DNA from: Candidatus Lightella neohaematopini
GTDB lineage: Bacteria; Pseudomonadota; Gammaproteobacteria; Enterobacterales; Enterobacteriaceae
Reading direction: 5' to 3'
DNA: 64,000 nucleotides
Assembly: GCA_025728545.1 (NCBI GenBank)
Contig: JAOBJL010000002.1
Location: 44,178 to 108,177 of the forward strand
Positions within the stretch are counted from its first letter, which is position 1, and each line of letters begins with the position of its first letter. A program made the translations under genes and the position numbers. The notes under the pieces were generated by a model. It made no database searches and had not been told where the DNA came from. It saw nothing but the letters and a program-made list of their open reading frames with translations. Shown here piece after piece: positions 59,782 through 64,000 of this stretch.

Positions 59782-62568
59782 ATGTTACCTAAATTTATAC
59801 ATTTACATGTAAGAAGTGAGTATTCTATAATAGATGGATTATCTAATATTAACCAATTAGTAAATCAAGCAGTAAAATTTAAAATGCCTGCATTAGCAAT
59901 TACTGATTTTACTAATTTATATGGTGTAATTAAATTTTATAATATTGCTTCTAATTGTGGTATAAAACCAATTATTGGTTCCGATTTTATTCTTAAAGAT
60001 TATGTTAATAGTCACCAATCATATGCAATTACAATACTAGTAATGAATAATACTGGTTATACCAATTTAATTTATTTAATATCTAAAGCACATAAATTTA
60101 AAATAAATTCTTCTAGTGTATTTATTTACCGTGATTGGTTAAAAAATTATAATGTTGGATTAATTATTTTGTCTGGAGCACAATTTGGTGATATAGGTCA
60201 ATGTTTATTATATAATCAAAATAATAAATTAAAATACTATATTTCATTTTATAAAACCTATTTTCGAAATAATTTTTATTTAGAAATAACGCGTAATGGT
60301 TTTACATCAGAAGATGAATATTTAAGCAAAGCTATTAATTTATCTGTAAATCAAGATTTACCATTGTTAGCAACTAATAATGTTAGATTTTTAGAAAAGA
60401 ATGATTTTGAAGCACATAAAATTAGAGTTGCTATTAGCAATAGTAGTTATATAAATAATAGTAAAAATTTATTATTTACTTATAGTAAAGAACAATATAT
60501 GAAAAATGAAGAAGAAATGTGTTTATTATTTAATGATATACCAGAATCACTAATTAATAGTGTTGAATTAGCTAAAAGATGTAATATGACTATTACATTA
60601 GGAAAATACTTACTACCTAAATTTGATGTACCGAAAAAATACACTTCTGAAAAGTATCTAGTAAAAATTGCCAAACGCGGATTACTGAATAGAATAAAAA
60701 CTAATTTTACTGATAAAGTGACAAAAAATAAAAAATGGATTATTTATTACCAAAGACTAAATGTAGAATTAAATACTATTATTAAAACTGGGTTTACTAA
60801 TTATTTTTTAATAGTATCAGAATTTATTAATTGGGCAAAAAATAATAATATACCTGTTGGTCCAGGTAGAGGATCTGGTGCAGGATCACTAGTAGCTTAC
60901 GCTTTAAATATTACAGAATTAGATCCATTAGTATTTGGTTTAATTTTTGAAAGATTTCTAAATACAAAAAGATTATCTATGCCTGATTTAGATATTGATT
61001 TTTGTATGGAAAAACGAGATTTAGTAATTAATTACGTTGTTAATAAGTATGGTGTAGATAATGTAGCACAAATTATTACTTTTGGAACCTTAACTGCTAG
61101 AGCAGTTATTCGTGATGTTGGACGAGTTCTTGGATATCATTATAATTTTGTAGATAAAATTGCTAAATTAATTCCTATAGATTTTGGTATGACTTTAAAA
61201 AAAGCATTTTTAATTAAACCAAAATTAGTTAAATTATTTAATTATAATAAAGATGTGAAAACTATATTAAATATGGCTTTTAAATTAGAAGGAGTTGTTC
61301 GTAATGTTAGTAGACATGCTGGAGGAATTGTAATTACACCAGATAAAATTATTAATTTTGCCCCATTATATTTTGATGATAAAAGTAATTATGCAGCAAT
61401 ACAGTTAGATAAAACTGATATAGTTAAAATTGGTTTAGTAAAATTTGATTTCTTAGGTTTAAGAACCTTAACAATTATTAATCATACTATAAATATGATT
61501 AATAAAAAAAATAAAAAATTAGGATTAAGTAATGTTAATTTATCTGATATTAAATTAAACGATAAAAATAGTTTTATTTTATTAAATAAAATTAATACTA
61601 ATGCAGTTTTTCAATTAGAATCAAAAGGCATGCAAGATTTAATTAGAAGATTGAAACCAGATTCTTTTGAAGATATTATTGCATTAATAGCTTTATTTCG
61701 TCCTGGACCATTACAATCTGGTATGGTAGATAACTTTATTAATCGTAAACATGGTATAGAAAAAATTTATTATCCTGATGTTAATTGGCAACATAATTTA
61801 TTAAAACCAATTCTTAAGTCTACTTATGGTATTATTTTATATCAAGAGCAAGTTATACAAATAGCACAAATATTAGCTGGTTATAGCTTTATTAATGCTG
61901 ATATATTACGTCAAACAATTAGTAAAAAAAATTTTATAGAAATGAGTAAACAAAAATCATTATTTATTAGTAATGCCAAAAATAATAATATTGATGAAAA
62001 TTTAGCTGCTAAAATATTTTACTTTCTAGAAAAGTTTGTTCATTATGGTTTTAATAAATCGCATTCTACTGCGTATGCACTGTTATCATACTACACATTA
62101 TGGTTAAAAGCTAATTATCCAGCAGAATTTTTGTCATCCGTGATGACAACTAATATAAACAATCAAAAGAAAATATCTACTTTAATTAAAGAATGTAATA
62201 ACATGAATATAAAAGTTATGTTACCAGAAATTAATTATAGTCAATATTATTGTTATGTTTATAATAATACTATTATATGTGGTTTAGGTATGGTTAATGG
62301 TTTAGGTTTGAATATAGCTAAAGAAATTATAAAAAAACGTAGTCATGGAAAATTTAAAAATTTATTAGATTTTTGTACAAGAATTGATCATAAAATAGTT
62401 AATAGAGCTATAATTATGCAATTAGTGAAATCTAACGTATTTCGTTTATTAAAAATAAATAATAAATTTGATGAAGATTATATAAATGATATTATAAACA
62501 AATCTAAACAGTATGGTAATTATTTAAAATATCAAATTGATATGTTTATTCATCCAAATAATAAATAA
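59782..62568 (+). CDS. dnaE: DNA polymerase III alpha subunit, C-terminally short form (928 aa)
   Basis: The product is collinear with E. coli alpha from FIHLHVRSEYSIIDGL (PHP domain). It runs through GPGRGSGAGSLVAYAL, MPDLDIDFC, VKFDFLGLRTLTII, FRPGPLQSGMVDNFI and GFNKSHSTAYAL. It ends at ..YLKYQIDMFIHPNNK*, where QIDMF aligns with the E. coli internal beta-clamp motif QADMF (residues 920-924). The stop is at 62566-62568 and accA starts at 62587. Confidence 0.9.
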   Translation: MLPKFIHLHVRSEYSIIDGLSNINQLVNQAVKFKMPALAITDFTNLYGVIKFYNIASNCGIKPIIGSDFILKDYVNSHQSYAITILVMNNTGYTNLIYLISKAHKFKINSSSVFIYRDWLKNYNVGLIILSGAQFGDIGQCLLYNQNNKLKYYISFYKTYFRNNFYLEITRNGFTSEDEYLSKAINLSVNQDLPLLATNNVRFLEKNDFEAHKIRVAISNSSYINNSKNLLFTYSKEQYMKNEEEMCLLFNDIPESLINSVELAKRCNMTITLGKYLLPKFDVPKKYTSEKYLVKIAKRGLLNRIKTNFTDKVTKNKKWIIYYQRLNVELNTIIKTGFTNYFLIVSEFINWAKNNNIPVGPGRGSGAGSLVAYALNITELDPLVFGLIFERFLNTKRLSMPDLDIDFCMEKRDLVINYVVNKYGVDNVAQIITFGTLTARAVIRDVGRVLGYHYNFVDKIAKLIPIDFGMTLKKAFLIKPKLVKLFNYNKDVKTILNMAFKLEGVVRNVSRHAGGIVITPDKIINFAPLYFDDKSNYAAIQLDKTDIVKIGLVKFDFLGLRTLTIINHTINMINKKNKKLGLSNVNLSDIKLNDKNSFILLNKINTNAVFQLESKGMQDLIRRLKPDSFEDIIALIALFRPGPLQSGMVDNFINRKHGIEKIYYPDVNWQHNLLKPILKSTYGIILYQEQVIQIAQILAGYSFINADILRQTISKKNFIEMSKQKSLFISNAKNNNIDENLAAKIFYFLEKFVHYGFNKSHSTAYALLSYYTLWLKANYPAEFLSSVMTTNINNQKKISTLIKECNNMNIKVMLPEINYSQYYCYVYNNTIICGLGMVNGLGLNIAKEIIKKRSHGKFKNLLDFCTRIDHKIVNRAIIMQLVKSNVFRLLKINNKFDEDYINDIINKSKQYGNYLKYQIDMFIHPNNK

Positions 62569-62586
62569 TAATCAATAATTAGTATT

Positions 62587-63555
62587 ATGAATCTAGAATA
62601 TCTTGATTTTGAACAACCAATTATAGAATTAGAAGAAAGAATTAACTTGTTAAGTCTTAGTAATGATAAAATAAAGATGAATAATGTTAATCTATCTAAT
62701 GAAATTAGTAAATTAAAAAAGAAAATTGTAAAATTAACCAATAAAATATTTTCTAATTTAAATAAATGGCAAATAATACAATTAGCAAGACATCCATTAA
62801 GACCGCATACTATAGATTATATTAATACTATTTTTACTGATTTTGACCAACTATCTGGTGATCGAATGTTTTCTGATGATAAAGCTATTATAGGAGGTAT
62901 TGCTCGTTTAGAATCATTTCCAGTAATGATAATAGGACATGAAAAAGGTCGTAGTATTAAAGATAAGGTTAAACATAATTTTGGCATGCCTTCACCTGAA
63001 GGTTACCGTAAGGCTCTTAGATTAATGTATATAGCTAATAGCTTTAATATGCCAATAATTACTTTTATTGATACTCCTGGAGCATATCCTGGAGTAGAAG
63101 CTGAAGAACGGGGGCAAGCAGAAGCGATAGCAAAAAATTTATTAGTGATGTCTCATTTAAGTGTACCAATAATATGTATTATAATAGGAGAAGGTGGTTC
63201 TGGTGGTGCTTTAGCTATTGGAGTAGGTGATAAAATTAACATGTTACAATATAGTATATACTCAGTTATATCTCCAGAAGGATGTGCTACATTATTATGG
63301 AAAGATAGTAGTAAGATATTATCGTCAATAGAATCAATGAATATAACTGCAAAAAATTTAAAAAAATTAAAATTAATTGATAATATTATTAATGAACCTT
63401 TAGGTGGTGCTCATAAAAATTTGCAATTGACTGCAATGAATATAAAAAAACAATTATTAATAGATTTAAATGAATTAAAATTCTTAGATAAGAAACAATT
63501 ACTAAGAAATCGTTATCATAAATTAATTAATTATAATTATGAATTAATAACATAA
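62587..63555 (+). CDS. accA: Acetyl-CoA carboxylase carboxyltransferase alpha subunit
   Basis: The 322 aa product contains [59 protein letters not shown] and [16 protein letters not shown]. Confidence 0.95.
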   Translation: MNLEYLDFEQPIIELEERINLLSLSNDKIKMNNVNLSNEISKLKKKIVKLTNKIFSNLNKWQIIQLARHPLRPHTIDYINTIFTDFDQLSGDRMFSDDKAIIGGIARLESFPVMIIGHEKGRSIKDKVKHNFGMPSPEGYRKALRLMYIANSFNMPIITFIDTPGAYPGVEAEERGQAEAIAKNLLVMSHLSVPIICIIIGEGGSGGALAIGVGDKINMLQYSIYSVISPEGCATLLWKDSSKILSSIESMNITAKNLKKLKLIDNIINEPLGGAHKNLQLTAMNIKKQLLIDLNELKFLDKKQLLRNRYHKLINYNYELIT

Positions 63556-63560
63556 ATAGA

Positions 63561-64000
63561 ATGATTAAAGATTATACTAAATATTTACAACAACAAGTAA
63601 GAAGCATTATTAGTCCATATAAATACTTATTGTTAGCTTTTAGTGGTGGTTTAGACTCCATGGTATTATTAGATATAATTACAACACTAAGAAATAAATA
63701 TAACAATATATTTTTAAGAGCATGTTATATTGATCATCAACAAAATAAATTATCTAATCAGTGGTTACAGCATTGTATTTATGAATGTAAACAACGTGAT
63801 GTATTATTTTTACACGATATCATTAAAATTAATATAAATAAAGGTAATTTTGAACAAAATGCACGTAATCAAAGATATAAAAAATTATTAAGTATTATAC
63901 AATACAATGAAATATTAGTTACTGCACATCATCAAAATGATCAAGTAGAAACTTTTTTTTTGGCATTAAAACGTGGTAGCGGGCCAAGAGGTTTATCTGC
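63561..64000 (+). CDS. tilS: tRNA(Ile)-lysidine synthase TilS, N-terminal part (runs off the right edge)
   Basis: The translation [38 protein letters not shown]... carries the PP-loop SGGLDS. ..[28 protein letters not shown] matches E. coli TilS [28 protein letters not shown]. Confidence 0.9.
   Translation, partial: [146 protein letters not shown]

Noticed and set aside
60480-60674. A 64-aa minus-strand ORF.
   Set aside because: It is antisense to and nested within dnaE.
62550-62741. A 63-aa minus-strand ORF.
   Set aside because: It is antisense to the accA 5' end and the dnaE 3' end.

Overview
This window is an extremely AT-rich, gene-dense chromosome segment with about 65 protein genes, 7 tRNAs, the 4.5S RNA gene and one clear pseudogene. 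It looks like a reduced-genome gammaproteobacterial (Enterobacterales-derived) insect endosymbiont. The standard genetic code applies, because full-length orthologues are obtained with TGG as Trp and TAA/TAG/TGA as stops. Almost every long ORF is a recognisable E. coli housekeeping orthologue. The window reads as a chain of E. coli-syntenic blocks joined by clean deletions: (1) murA-ibaG | kdsD-kdsC-lptA-lptB; (2) gmk-rpoZ; (3) trxB-infA-tRNA-Leu(CAA); (4) lptG-lptF | valS; (5) fabA, yccA-tRNA-Ser-tRNA-Lys, pgsA-tRNA-Cys-tRNA-Leu(UAA); (6) an L,D-transpeptidase and ahpC; (7) yajC-ribD-ribH-nusB-thiL-pgpA | dxs-(panE pseudogene)-yajR-cyoEDCBA | clpP-clpX-lon-mdlA-mdlB-ffs-apt-dnaX-recR-htpG-adk | qmcA-serS; (8) dapA, tRNA-fMet, dapD-map | rpsB-tsf-pyrH-frr-dxr-uppS-cdsA-bamA-skp-lpxD-fabZ-lpxA-lpxB-dnaE-accA-tilS. 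Retention of lipid A/KDO/Lpt/BamA/Skp functions and cytochrome bo oxidase in such an AT-rich genome is reminiscent of Wigglesworthia/Blochmannia-type symbionts. That assignment is an inference I cannot verify here. I found no CRISPR array, IS element, transposase, integrase, prophage, toxin-antitoxin or defence genes, and no unexplained multi-gene cassette, so I do not claim a novel system. What stands out is a set of reductive-evolution signatures. (a) Pol III alpha (dnaE) ends immediately after the internal beta-clamp motif, and DnaX consists of domains I-III only, so both sides of the tau-alpha contact are missing. holC, ybaB and rnhB are also absent from their conserved sites. (b) A nearly full-length but heavily stop-riddled panE pseudogene is present. 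(c) lptC is missing from kdsC-lptC-lptA-lptB although lptA/B/F/G are kept. (d) ispA is deleted next to dxs while the FPP-consuming CyoE and UppS are kept. (e) There is a tRNA-Lys with anticodon CUU on an E. coli lysT-like body. (f) qmcA contains a nucleotide-perfect 33-bp tandem repeat. All gene-order comparisons are against E. coli K-12 order recalled from memory, and absences refer only to this window.
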